Shown: positions 28,217 through 41,893 of the stretch, one piece after another
Numbering within the stretch: the first letter of the stretch is position 1
Layout of the letters: every line of letters begins with the position of its first letter
DNA from: Spirochaetia bacterium
Lineage (GTDB): Bacteria; Spirochaetota; Spirochaetia; SZUA-6; Bin103
Assembly: GCA_965215345.1 (NCBI GenBank)
Contig: CBDCDL010000002.1
Location: 2,250,605 to 2,314,604 of the forward strand
DNA: 64,000 nucleotides
Direction: 5' to 3'
Translations under genes and position numbers: made by a program
The notes under the pieces: model-generated
Seen by the model: the letters and a program-made list of their open reading frames with translations, nothing else
What the model was told of the DNA's origin: nothing
The model's database searches: none

Positions 28217-29065
28217 ATGACACGGTCGGACCTCGACGGACACCTGCAGCATGTCCGCCGTGACGGATTCACCGTCCTGCGCAGCCTCACCCGCGCACAC
28301 GTCCCAAGGTGGCGGGCGGCCATCCTGGATCGCTACGGCATCGATGGAAAGAGTCCCATCGACCTCCTGGCCGAGCGCCCGGAGCTGGTGCTGCCGTACG
28401 TCACCCATCCCGACCTGCTCGACCTGCTGGAGGGGCTGATGGGACCCTTCGTCGGGCTTGCCGGGTCCGGAGCCCTGGTCGAGCCCTCCGTCGCGGAGGA
28501 CCTCGCGCGTCGCGAGCGGGTGTGGCATCGCGACATGTGGCCGCTCCCCGGTTGGACCGACGACTACCTGCCGCCCGACGGCGTGAACGTGCTGACGTAC
28601 CTGCAGGAAGGCGAGGCGGCCGGGCCGCTGCGCGTGCTGCCCGGTTCTCACCGCGGCCGGCGCGGCATCCCGGACGACGCCGTTCAGCAACCGCATCCCG
28701 ATGAGCTGGCGGTGCGGGTCGAGCCCGGCGATACGGTGGTGGTGCACTCCGGCACGCTCCACAGCGGGGCCGGCAACTTCAGCGGCGCCGAGCGGATCCT
28801 GGTGTACGCGTTCTTCACCAAGTGCTGGCTGCCCCGGGAAGGCGACCACGACAACGCGGAAATCCGGCGCCTGCTCGACGACGCGCGGAGGCGTAACGAT
28901 CGGCGCGTGGTGCGTCTGTTCGCGCCGGATCGTGCCGAGCTGATCGATCGGGCCAAGCAGTTTCACGCGCACCGCCCGAACGGCTGTTCGATCTCCCAGG
29001 AGGAGATGTGGCGGCGGTGGATCGCCGAGGATCGCGCGGCCCTGGACGCCACGGGTCCGGCATGA
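28217..29065 (+). CDS. Phytanoyl-CoA dioxygenase (PhyH) family Fe(II)/2OG oxygenase
   Basis: HRD ... H motif context (VWHRDMW ... VHSGTLHSGAGN). GGAGGA RBS before the ATG at 28217. Confidence 0.55.
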   Translation: MTRSDLDGHLQHVRRDGFTVLRSLTRAHVPRWRAAILDRYGIDGKSPIDLLAERPELVLPYVTHPDLLDLLEGLMGPFVGLAGSGALVEPSVAEDLARRERVWHRDMWPLPGWTDDYLPPDGVNVLTYLQEGEAAGPLRVLPGSHRGRRGIPDDAVQQPHPDELAVRVEPGDTVVVHSGTLHSGAGNFSGAERILVYAFFTKCWLPREGDHDNAEIRRLLDDARRRNDRRVVRLFAPDRAELIDRAKQFHAHRPNGCSISQEEMWRRWIAEDRAALDATGPA

Positions 29066-29084
29066 TGGAAATGGGGGATACGCG

Positions 29085-30065
29085 ATGAGAATAGGTGTGG
29101 TCGTTCGGCCGCTGAACGACGCCAACCTCCGGCTGGCCGCCCAGATCGGGGCGGACGAAGTATGCGCGGGCATCTCGCACCAGTTCGGCCGGGTCTGGTC
29201 CCTGGAGGAGATCGCCGATCTGAAGCGGCGTATCGAGGACTTCGGGCTGCGCTGGCGGGTGGTGGAGACGCTGCCGGTCAGCGACGCCGTCAAGCTTGGC
29301 CTGGAGGGTCGGGACGCGGAGCTCGACGCCCTGCGCGAAACGATCAGGAACCTGGGAGCGGCGGGACTCGACACTGCCGTCTATACGTGGACGGCCGTGT
29401 TCTCGTGGCTGCGAACCGATCTCGCCGTGCCCGTGCGGGGCGGCGGACTGGCCACCGGTTACGACCACGCCGTCATGCAGAGCAGACCGCCCGCGACCGT
29501 CACGGTCCGGGAAGACCGGTTGTGGGAGACGCTCGACTACTTCCTGCGCGCGATCGTTCCGGTAGCGGAGGAGGCCGGGGTCAAGCTGGCGCTCCATCCG
29601 GACGATCCGCCGCTGTCGCCGGTGCGCGGCGTGGGGCGGATCATGATCAGCCCGGAACACTTCCAGCGGGCGCTGGACCTGGTGCCCAGCGAGGTCAACG
29701 GGATGACGCTGTGCCAGGGGTGTTTCTCGGAGATGGGCGTCGACGTCCCGCGTGAGATCGCGCGGTTCACCGGTCAGGGGCGCGTGAACTTCGCCCACTT
29801 CCGCAACCTGCGTGGTACCGGTCAGCGGTTCACCGAGCAGTTCCACGATGACGGCGACGTCGACATGGCAGCGATCATGCGCGCCTTCCTGGACGCCGGC
29901 TACACCGGCGCCATGCGGCCGGATCACGTGCCGCTCATGGAGGGCGATGGCAGCGACGACCCTGGCTACACCATGACCGGCCGGCTGTTTGCGGTCGGGT
30001 ACATGCGTGGCCTCATGCACGCGCTGCGCGGCGACCGAAACGAATGGGTGCAGGTCTCGAACTGA
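29085..30065 (+). CDS. uxuA: Mannonate dehydratase (UxuA-family)
   Basis: AIVPVAEEAGVKLALHPDDPP ... HFRNL ... GDVDM ... MRPDHV. These match E. coli UxuA blocks [21 protein letters not shown] / HLRS / GDVDM / MRPDHG. Confidence 0.75.
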   Translation: MRIGVVVRPLNDANLRLAAQIGADEVCAGISHQFGRVWSLEEIADLKRRIEDFGLRWRVVETLPVSDAVKLGLEGRDAELDALRETIRNLGAAGLDTAVYTWTAVFSWLRTDLAVPVRGGGLATGYDHAVMQSRPPATVTVREDRLWETLDYFLRAIVPVAEEAGVKLALHPDDPPLSPVRGVGRIMISPEHFQRALDLVPSEVNGMTLCQGCFSEMGVDVPREIARFTGQGRVNFAHFRNLRGTGQRFTEQFHDDGDVDMAAIMRAFLDAGYTGAMRPDHVPLMEGDGSDDPGYTMTGRLFAVGYMRGLMHALRGDRNEWVQVSN

Positions 30066-30129
30066 GCGATTCTGCGGTGTCTGACAGGGTCGTGCTATCT
30101 TTTGTAATTCGATGGAGGTTCTAACTAAC

Positions 30130-30990
30130 ATGCGACGAGTACTAATCACGGCGGCGATCGGTGCCGTCCTGGTGATGGCGGCCGCCGCCCACGACGACGA
30201 GGTGTCGACCGCCGACGTTCTGGCGGTGCTGGAAGAGATCAACCGGAAGGTGGGTGACGAAGAACCGGTCTCCTCTGACCGAGCGTCCGAATCCGGGTTC
30301 GGCGGCGGCCCGTTCCTGCCGTTGCGCTACCTGCCGGGCGTTGCCGACCTGAACGCCTACTTCGAGCAGCTCGGCTCGTACGCGCCGATGAGCGAGTTCT
30401 TCTACCCGCTCAAGGATGGCGGCGGCGGCACGTGGCGCTGGAGCGTGGACGGGAGCCTCCAGTTCGGCATGGAGTACGCTGGGTTCGGCCAGGACGTTCT
30501 CGGCTTTGCCAAACACGTGACTGATCCCCACGGCCCCCGCGACACCGTCGATGCGGACGCGGATGGATACGACGACTACCACAGCTACTCCGGGTACGGA
30601 CAGCGCTACTACGCCGGCATCGCGCAGTACAAGTGGGCGCTCGCGCCGAGTCTCTACCTGCAGACCGGAATCAAGGCCGGGCTCGGCTTCGAGTTGCTGC
30701 GCTACGGCATGAACCGGCGCCAAGTACTCACGGACACGCTTGGCATCACCTCGGGCGTCAACTCGTGGACGCGCACCAGCCTGCTCGGCGGCGCATACGC
30801 CGGCCTCCAGATCGGTCTGGACGGCGACCGCAACGTCGTCAAGCTGGGCCTCGAGGTCGGCGTGAACGGGCACTTCGCCCTTGGAGACTGGCAGCCGGCA
30901 ACCGGCGTGCACAAGCTTGTCCCGGTTCCGCCGGCAGACATGCAGGCGCACAACTTCTGGTTGTGGATCGGCCCGCAGTTCCACTACTGA
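30130..30990 (+). CDS. Hypothetical secreted protein, possible outer-membrane beta-barrel (C-terminal ...QFHY)
   Basis: Signal peptide (MRRVLITAAIGAVLVMAAAA). Gly/Tyr-rich alternating pattern and a terminal aromatic residue. Confidence 0.4.
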   Translation: MRRVLITAAIGAVLVMAAAAHDDEVSTADVLAVLEEINRKVGDEEPVSSDRASESGFGGGPFLPLRYLPGVADLNAYFEQLGSYAPMSEFFYPLKDGGGGTWRWSVDGSLQFGMEYAGFGQDVLGFAKHVTDPHGPRDTVDADADGYDDYHSYSGYGQRYYAGIAQYKWALAPSLYLQTGIKAGLGFELLRYGMNRRQVLTDTLGITSGVNSWTRTSLLGGAYAGLQIGLDGDRNVVKLGLEVGVNGHFALGDWQPATGVHKLVPVPPADMQAHNFWLWIGPQFHY

Positions 30991-30999
30991 GTCGGCAGT

Positions 31000-31070
31000 G
31001 CCACCGATCATCGAAGTAGAGAAGCTGCATAAGCGGTACGGCGACGTGGTGGCGGTCGACGAGGTCGGAG
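31000..31070 (+). pseudogene. N-terminal remnant (~24 aa) of an ABC transporter ATP-binding protein
   Basis: VPPIIEVEKLHKRYGDVVAVDEV is the canonical first beta-strand block of an ABC ATPase. Protein similarity is lost immediately downstream, where the toxin-antitoxin cassette begins. Confidence 0.5.
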
Positions 31071-31205
31071 AATCCGGCCAGCTATCGCAATCTGGCGCGC
31101 CACATTTCGCTGCCGATCGCGGCCCGACCCGTCAGGCCGCGCCGTCGCCCGTCCGGCAGCATCGTCACCCTGATCGGCATGAGTTGCGCGGACGCGGCTT
31201 CCGAG

Positions 31206-31577
31206 CTACCAGACCGCCTCCGGATAGTAGGTGTGGATCGTGTCGTCCTTCGTCAGCAGTGGCGATTCGTCGAGTGCAGCCTGCGCGGTGATGAGTCTAT
31301 CGAATGGATCGCGGGTCCACTTCATGCCGATCGCCTTCCGTACTACCGCCGCGAACGGCTTGCTGCACATACCGATCTGGATGGTGGCGTGCAGGTAGTC
31401 GTGGATCTCGGCCGCCTTGGCTCCGATCCTGCCGGTCTCGAACAGGTACTCCAGTTCGAGGAGCACCATCGGAGACACCAGGAGATCATGACTCTCGATC
31501 AGCTCCCGTGCCATGCGCGAGATGCGCTTCTCATCCTTCTGGTAGAGCCAGATGACCACGTGAGTATCAAGGTACAC
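31206..31577 (-). CDS. PIN-domain toxin (VapC-like)
   Basis: MYLDTHVVIWLY... is a PIN N-terminal motif. 123 aa. It overlaps the upstream antitoxin gene by 11 nt. Confidence 0.7.
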   Translation of the reverse strand: MYLDTHVVIWLYQKDEKRISRMARELIESHDLLVSPMVLLELEYLFETGRIGAKAAEIHDYLHATIQIGMCSKPFAAVVRKAIGMKWTRDPFDRLITAQAALDESPLLTKDDTIHTYYPEAVW

Positions 31578-31803
31578 GGTCGGCGCGCCACTCGTGGGAC
31601 CAGTCGATGTGCACGAGTTCGTCCGGGTCGCCGACGACGATCTGATGCGCGGTCAGTCGGTCCCACTTCGATGCCCGCTCCTCGGCCACGATTCTCAGTA
31701 GCCGGCCCCGGCGTTCGACTTCCACCGGGACGCCCGTGTCTACCACCGAGTCGAGGATGTTGTAGAGGTTTTGCCGGAGTCTGGTTGCGCTGATGGCTGC
31801 CAT
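31567..31803 (-). CDS. Phd/YefM-family antitoxin
   Basis: MAAISATRLRQNLYNILDSVVDTGVPVEVERRGRLLRIVAEE is a Phd/YefM N-terminal fold pattern. 78 aa. Confidence 0.65.
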   Translation of the reverse strand: MAAISATRLRQNLYNILDSVVDTGVPVEVERRGRLLRIVAEERASKWDRLTAHQIVVGDPDELVHIDWSHEWRADRVP

Positions 31804-31939
31804 GGCGGCGAAGATAGCCAGGTAACGTACGTGTGGCAAGCGCGTAACGTACGTAGCACGACAGCTTGTTCTCCATGGCGATATCCTCGATCTGGACAGC
31901 AACGCCCGTGGTCGGGTGCAGGAATGGTCGGGTGCAGCT

Positions 31940-33337
31940 TCAAGGACGGGCGGAAAGGTCGACAGGGAGGGCGGCCGCCCGCAAGGCAGCGTTGGCGCCG
32001 TGGCCGTTCCGTTCGCCGTGCGACGCGTGCACGTGCTCGATCTCCGCGCCCAGTGAGCGGTACACGGCAAGCACGTCCGGGTAGCGGCGGCGCAGGATGT
32101 CCGTGCCGTGGATGACGGTCTCGGCCGGATCGGCCAGCGCGGCCAGGAACAGCGACTTGACCGACTGGATCACTTCCGGCGGGGTGACCTCTCCGCCGTG
32201 GAAACGGGTCGGCGGCTCCGGCGCCACGACCCGCTGAGAGTCGAGCACCTCGATGTCGGCGCCGAGCTGGTTGAGCTGATGGACGAAATTCAGCCCGTGC
32301 TCGTACATCCAGTTCTGGAACAGGACGCGTCCGTTCATCTTGCACGCCAGAGAGACCATCACCGGCAGGACGTCGGTGGGGAATCCCGGCCACGGGCGCA
32401 CCGCCAGCTTCGGCAGTCCGGGGGCGGCCGACGGCAGCAGCTCCGCGTTCAGGAACAGCTCGTCGGTCCCGTCGGCGATCAGGTCGGCGCCGTCGCGGGT
32501 GATGGCGAGTCCGAACCGCTCGAACCAGTCGATGAGCCCGGTCATGATGTCGGGCAGATTCGCGCCGCGGATGCGGATCCGGCCGCCGGTCATGCCGGCC
32601 GCGACGATGAAGCCGGAAATGTCCACGTGGTCCGGGGACGGCCGGAAGTCGACGATCTCCGTGCGTCCGTCGATGCCGCCGGTCGCGGTCACCCGGTTGG
32701 TGTTGATGCCTTCGATCTGCGCTCCCAGGTCGCACAGCAGGTCGAGCAGATCCCGCACGTGCGGCTCACAGGCCGCGTCGACGATCTCCACCGTCGTGCC
32801 GGTGCCGGCGGCGTACATGGCGACGTTCTCGGTCGCGGTGACGCTGGCCTCCGGGAGCCACACGGTGCGCCGGGGCCGGTCGCCGCGCGGTGCGGTGAAC
32901 CGCAGGTAACCGTCCACTTCCTCGACGGTGACGCCGAGAGCCCGGAACGCAGCGATGTGGGTCTCCAGCGCGCGCTGCCCGAGGCGGCATCCGCCGGGCA
33001 TCGGCAACTCGGCCACGCCGAAGCGCGCCAGTAGCGGCCCGACGAACAAAACCGGTGCGCGAAACCGGGAGCCCAGGTCGGCGTCGACCCGGTACGAGGA
33101 GACGGGACGGCAGTCGATGGTGACGTCGCTGCCGTCCTCTTCGATGGCGGCTCCCCAGTGACGATAGATGGACAGGAACGTTTCCACGTCGCTGGTGGCC
33201 GGAAGGTCGCGGAAGCGCACGGGCCGATGGCACATCACCGCGACCGGCAACGCCGCCATCAGAGAATTCTTGTTCTGGATCGGCAGGACCGTCCCGCTCA
33301 GCCGGTGACCGCCCACGATCCGGTACGTCCCGTTCAT
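31940..33337 (-). CDS. UDP-N-acetylglucosamine 1-carboxyvinyltransferase (MurA) paralog with C-terminal extension
   Basis: EPSP-synthase-fold enolpyruvyl transferase. The active-site Cys loop LPMPGGCRLGQRA (cf. MurA PGGCAIGARPVDLH) is present. Start at MNGTYRIVGG. Confidence 0.65.
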   Translation of the reverse strand: MNGTYRIVGGHRLSGTVLPIQNKNSLMAALPVAVMCHRPVRFRDLPATSDVETFLSIYRHWGAAIEEDGSDVTIDCRPVSSYRVDADLGSRFRAPVLFVGPLLARFGVAELPMPGGCRLGQRALETHIAAFRALGVTVEEVDGYLRFTAPRGDRPRRTVWLPEASVTATENVAMYAAGTGTTVEIVDAACEPHVRDLLDLLCDLGAQIEGINTNRVTATGGIDGRTEIVDFRPSPDHVDISGFIVAAGMTGGRIRIRGANLPDIMTGLIDWFERFGLAITRDGADLIADGTDELFLNAELLPSAAPGLPKLAVRPWPGFPTDVLPVMVSLACKMNGRVLFQNWMYEHGLNFVHQLNQLGADIEVLDSQRVVAPEPPTRFHGGEVTPPEVIQSVKSLFLAALADPAETVIHGTDILRRRYPDVLAVYRSLGAEIEHVHASHGERNGHGANAALRAAALPVDLSARP

Positions 33338-33600
33338 CGCACTCCCTTTCCCATGGTAAGGTGCTACCTTACCATGACTTGCGTAGATGGCACAACGGCC
33401 GCCGGAAGCGCGGCCCGCACGGTCAGCCACCGCTCCCTGTGCGCCCGGTCGTGAGCTCGGCAACATGATTCGCCCTCCCGGTTTCCATTGTCGGCACGGA
33501 TCGACGAAAGCTGTTGTCCCGCGCGCGCATTCCAGGGCACTGCGGAAACCGCTCGCCGGGCCTGCGTAAGAACCGCCGGCTCCGACCGATCCAGACGACG

Positions 33601-34803
33601 ATGTTGAAGTTTCAATCCTCCCACGCGCGTGTCGCGTTCGCCATCTTCTTCGCCGCGATCCTGGCCGTTGCCGGGGTCTCGATCGCCGGCCCGCGGGCGG
33701 AGACCTCAGCGGCGCCGGCGGATGCCGGCAGCGTCGAGCTGCTTCCCGAGGAGTCGGCGCCGCCGGGCGCGACCAGGCAGTTCCGTACCGACTTCAGCCG
33801 GCACACGGTGCCGTACTCGGCGATCCTGTCCGGCGGTCCGCCCAAGGACGGCATCCCCGCGGTCGACAACCCGCAGTACCTGTCGGTCGCCGACGCCGAT
33901 GCCTGGCTGGAGCCCCTTGAGCCGGTAGCCGTGATCGAGGCCGGCGGGCGGGTGCGCGCGTATCCCATCCAGGTCCTGACCTGGCACGAGATCGTCAACG
34001 ACCAGCTCGGCGACCTGCCGGTGACGGTCACGTTCTGTCCGCTCTGCAACACCGCGATCGCCTTCGACCGCCGGTTCGACGACCAGGTGCTGGATTTCGG
34101 CACGACCGGGCGGCTGTATTACAGCAACCTGATCATGTACGACCGGCAGACCGAGACGTGGTGGCAGCAAGCCACGGGCGAGGGGATTGCCGGCACCTAC
34201 GCCGGCAGCCGGTTGCGCTTCGTCCCGCTTGCCATGGTGAGCTGGGAGGATTTCAAGGCCTCCTTTCCCGACGGCGACGTCGTGTCCAGGGACACGGGCC
34301 ATCGGCGCCAGTACGGCATGAATCCCTACGGGGGCTACGATCGCGAAGGGAGCCGCCCGTTCCTGTACCGCGGTCCCGCCACGCCGTCCGACCTTCCGGC
34401 GATGGCGCGGGTGCTGACCATCGAGCTGGATGAAGAGGCGGTCGCCTATCCCTACGCACTGCTGCAGGAGCGCCGCGTGGTGAACGACCAGGTAGGTGGA
34501 ACGCCCGTCGCGGTGCTGTGGGCGGAGGGCACGGCGTCGGCACTCGACCACGCGGTGATCTCCTCCGGCCGCGACGTGGGCGCCGCGGTGCCCTTCTCCC
34601 GCCAGGTCGGGGACCGGGTGCTGGAGTTCGAGCTGCGCGACGGCCGTATCGTCGATACGGCCACCGGATCGGTGTGGAACCACCTGGGCCGGGCGGTGGA
34701 AGGCGAGCTTGCCGACACGCAACTGGTGCCGGTCGTGGGAGTGAACCACTTCTGGTTCTCGTGGGCGGCCTTCCGGCCGCAGACTCGCGTCTTCAGCGGC
34801 TGA
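33601..34803 (+). CDS. Secreted DUF3179-like protein
   Basis: Signal peptide (MLKFQSSHARVAFAIFFAAILAVAGVSIAG). The ...KDGIPAVDNPQY... motif is recalled from DUF3179. Confidence 0.45.
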   Translation: MLKFQSSHARVAFAIFFAAILAVAGVSIAGPRAETSAAPADAGSVELLPEESAPPGATRQFRTDFSRHTVPYSAILSGGPPKDGIPAVDNPQYLSVADADAWLEPLEPVAVIEAGGRVRAYPIQVLTWHEIVNDQLGDLPVTVTFCPLCNTAIAFDRRFDDQVLDFGTTGRLYYSNLIMYDRQTETWWQQATGEGIAGTYAGSRLRFVPLAMVSWEDFKASFPDGDVVSRDTGHRRQYGMNPYGGYDREGSRPFLYRGPATPSDLPAMARVLTIELDEEAVAYPYALLQERRVVNDQVGGTPVAVLWAEGTASALDHAVISSGRDVGAAVPFSRQVGDRVLEFELRDGRIVDTATGSVWNHLGRAVEGELADTQLVPVVGVNHFWFSWAAFRPQTRVFSG

Positions 34804-34940
34804 CACGCCGCCGCGGCGCGTTGACCGCCGCATGGCCGGCGGGTATGTTCTGACCTCCACGGAGCCTGTATGAGGCGGGCGCCGACCGCGCGACGGCATA
34901 CGTCGGCGGCAGGGTAGAATCGCGGACAGGGGTATGGCAG

Positions 34941-37211
<2,271 letters not shown>

Positions 37212-37229
37212 GCGCCGCCGTACACGGAC

Positions 37230-37811
37230 ATGGACATCACCTCACTGCAGCACGTAAACGTCAAGGTGGCCGCGGACGCCTGCGGCTTCGATCTCACCCG
37301 CGCGATCCCGGTGTTCCATCGCTGGATCCAGGACGGCGTCCTGACCGATGAGCTTGCCATCGACGTCGCCGACTACCGCCACGTGCCCGACGGTCCGGGC
37401 GTGATCCTGGTCGCGCACGAGGCGATCTACGGCCTGGACCAGGGGGACGGATCGCTGGGCCTGCTCTACGACCGGCGCACAGCCGTCGAGGGGACGCCGC
37501 AGGAGCGGCTGCGGCAGGCCGCGCGCGCGGCGCTGACCGCCTGCCGGCTGCTGGAGGAGGATGCGGAGCTGGGCGGCGACCTGCGCTTCGACGCCGGCCG
37601 CATCCAGGTGAGCGTCAACGACCGCGCGATCGCTCCCAACACCGACGACACCGACCGAGCGTTGCGCCCGGAGGTGGAGCGGATGCTCGAAACGCTCTGG
37701 GGCATGGGCGACCACGCCATCGAGCGGCTGGGCGAGCCGCGCGAGCGCTACCGGCTGGGCGCCTCGGCCGGCCGGCAGATCCCGGTGGCGGAGATCCTCG
37801 GCCGGTTCTGA
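37230..37811 (+). CDS. Hypothetical acidic protein downstream of sulfite reductase
   Basis: 193 aa with protein-like composition. The antisense frame is typical GC-rich noise. Confidence 0.5.
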   Translation: MDITSLQHVNVKVAADACGFDLTRAIPVFHRWIQDGVLTDELAIDVADYRHVPDGPGVILVAHEAIYGLDQGDGSLGLLYDRRTAVEGTPQERLRQAARAALTACRLLEEDAELGGDLRFDAGRIQVSVNDRAIAPNTDDTDRALRPEVERMLETLWGMGDHAIERLGEPRERYRLGASAGRQIPVAEILGRF

Positions 37812-38356
37812 TCGGGCTCGTCGATCAGGAGCACGGCCTTCCGGTGCGAGTAGAGGCTGCAGGATCGGCTCTTCGGTCTCCAGGCCCGACATCGGATAGA
37901 GCAGGTGCACGTTCAATGCGGCCGCCGTCCTGATCGCGTCCGGATTCTGCAGAGTGGACTGGTCGGGCGTGCAGTAGACCAGATCCTCGCCCTGATTGCG
38001 GAAGCGCATGGTCACCGGCTCGACGCTATTCTCATGCTGCACTCCGACGGTGATCAGAAGCGGAATCTCTCGATTACCGGTACGGACGGCGGTGTTGTGC
38101 CAGAAATACCGGGTGCGCTGAACGGGAACCGAGACGATGTTCAGACGGTTGAGCGATGTCGCCGTTCGCTCTTTTGGCCTGGATCGGCCTTTGGCTTCGT
38201 GCCAGGTCTTCACCGCTTGCGACCACAGGGCGATCGCCTGGATGGCCGTCGTCAAGCTCCCCCGGCGCCCGTTACCGCGAGAGGGCTGTCCCCCGCACTG
38301 TTCGATCGACTCGGGCTACCGGAATGCACGTGCGCGGCTCCGGGAGCTCCGGGCCA

Positions 38357-40303
<1,947 letters not shown>

Positions 40304-40334
40304 GCGCGAAAGTATACCAAGGCGCGCGCGGCGC

Positions 40335-40364
40335 CGCGTCCGGGACGCGCGGGTCCCGGACGCG
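40335..40364. repeat. Perfect 12-bp inverted repeat (CGCGTCCGGGAC / GTCCCGGACGCG, 6-nt loop) between the P450 3' end and the acs start
   Basis: Read directly in the sequence. It is either an intrinsic-terminator-like hairpin for the P450 gene or an operator in the acs promoter. Confidence 0.35.
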
Positions 40365-40437
40365 GATCGACGCCAGCGGAGCGGTACCGGATGTCGTCGG
40401 TGGACTGTTTACGACGGAGGGTTGACGCCCGAACCGG

Positions 40438-41832
40438 TCAGGCGGGGGACTGCTCCCCGGGCAGCGGCGGCGGATGGCGCTCCCCGGTGATCGTGATCCG
40501 GAACCGGTCGTCCGGGCTCGGCAGCGGATTCATGACGACGCGCAACTCCTGATCCGGGGGCCGCATTTCCACGTGGAAGTGGCGGAACAGCACGCCCGAG
40601 ATGATCAGGTACAGGAGATCGGCGGCGGAGGCTCCCAGGCAGGTATGCGGACCGAGCCCGTACGGGCAGTACACGTTGGGCTGCACGTGCTCCTTGCGCT
40701 CCGGAGCATAGCGGCCGACGTCGAAGCGTTCGGGATCGGGGAAGAACTCGGGCAGGTGATGGGTCACCGTGTTGGCGATGAGGCAATACTCGTCCTTGGG
40801 GATCTCGTAGCCCTGGAACTGGAAGGAAGCTATGGACATACGGGGAAGGACGGGCGCCGGCGGATACAGGCGCAGGATCTCCATTGCCGCGCGCCGCGTC
40901 TGGATCATCCGGCGCAATGAGTCTCGATCGGGATAACCGTTGGCGAACGCCAGGTCCGCTTCGGCCACGACCGCGCGATGCAGTTCCGGATCCCGCAGAA
41001 TGTGGTACAGCAGAAAGGAGGTGGTGCTGGCCGCGGTATCCATACCCGCGATGAACGGACCGACGAGCACCGCCACGGCGTCCCGTTCATTCATCAGCCG
41101 CGGGTGCTCGGCGTGGAACCTGCGGATCAGGTCGACGAAGTCGCCGTCGTCTTCCAGGTAGTCGCGCACGTGATGCTCGTCCCAGATGCGGCGCATCATC
41201 GCCAGCACCGAGCGCCTGGATGAGACGTAGCGCGGCAGGTACCTCATGAAGCCGGGCCACACCTTGCGAATGTGGATCTGCACGAGCGCCCGGAAGAAGT
41301 AGATCAGGTCGTCCATGATCTCATCCGGTTCCTCGTTGGTCGCCATGTAACCCAGCAACGACGAGACCAGCCGCTTGACGTAGGCGAAGGCGGGAATGGG
41401 TGCTCCGTGTGGCCAGCTCCGGAGCATATGGAGCTGGCTGCCGACCAGCTTCTCCATCTGGGCGTACAGGGTCCTGCCGGAGAAGCCGTCCTTGAGGCCG
41501 GCGCGCATGGTGCGGTGATCGGGGCCGTCCAGCTCGATGAGCGTCGGGTTGTCGCCGCCGAGCACCTGGTGGATGTCCTGCATGACCGCCCCGGACGCGA
41601 ACAGGCGGTGGCCCTGCTGCTTCATGAGCGCGTTCGCCTCGGGGCCGGCCAGCACCAGCGGGCGATGGTTCAGGATCGGCACGCGGAATACCGGTCCCAG
41701 CCGCTGGTACTGGGTGGTGAGGAAGCTGCTCATGGCGGTGAGCATCGGCCGCACGTTGCCGACGATCGGAGGCCCCGGCGCCAGCGGGATCGTCAGAGCG
41801 GATGCGGTAGCCATCGGTCGCAAGGTACCCAC
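40438..41832 (-). CDS. Cytochrome P450
   Basis: C-terminal heme-binding loop FxxGxHxCxG (YGLGPHTCLG); EXXR (EILRLYPP). Alternative ATG at 41814. Confidence 0.85.
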   Translation of the reverse strand: MGTLRPMATASALTIPLAPGPPIVGNVRPMLTAMSSFLTTQYQRLGPVFRVPILNHRPLVLAGPEANALMKQQGHRLFASGAVMQDIHQVLGGDNPTLIELDGPDHRTMRAGLKDGFSGRTLYAQMEKLVGSQLHMLRSWPHGAPIPAFAYVKRLVSSLLGYMATNEEPDEIMDDLIYFFRALVQIHIRKVWPGFMRYLPRYVSSRRSVLAMMRRIWDEHHVRDYLEDDGDFVDLIRRFHAEHPRLMNERDAVAVLVGPFIAGMDTAASTTSFLLYHILRDPELHRAVVAEADLAFANGYPDRDSLRRMIQTRRAAMEILRLYPPAPVLPRMSIASFQFQGYEIPKDEYCLIANTVTHHLPEFFPDPERFDVGRYAPERKEHVQPNVYCPYGLGPHTCLGASAADLLYLIISGVLFRHFHVEMRPPDQELRVVMNPLPSPDDRFRITITGERHPPPLPGEQSPA

Positions 41833-41893
41833 GGCCCTGACGCACGGTCAAGCGGCCGCCATGGGACGGTCTGCGCTATCATGGGTGCGGAGC

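Noticed and set aside
31940-33337. MurA paralog as part of the adjacent TA/defense context
   Set aside because: The catalytic Cys loop and overall architecture look like an ordinary enolpyruvyl transferase. There is no sequence-based reason to link it functionally to the neighbouring Phd/PIN module.
37242-37811. Continuation of minus-strand ORF 37242..38255 (337 aa) as a single gene
   Set aside because: The portion overlapping 37230..37811 is classic antisense noise, while the + strand ORF there has protein-like composition. Only the 37836-38255 part looks coding; it is reported as a possible remnant.
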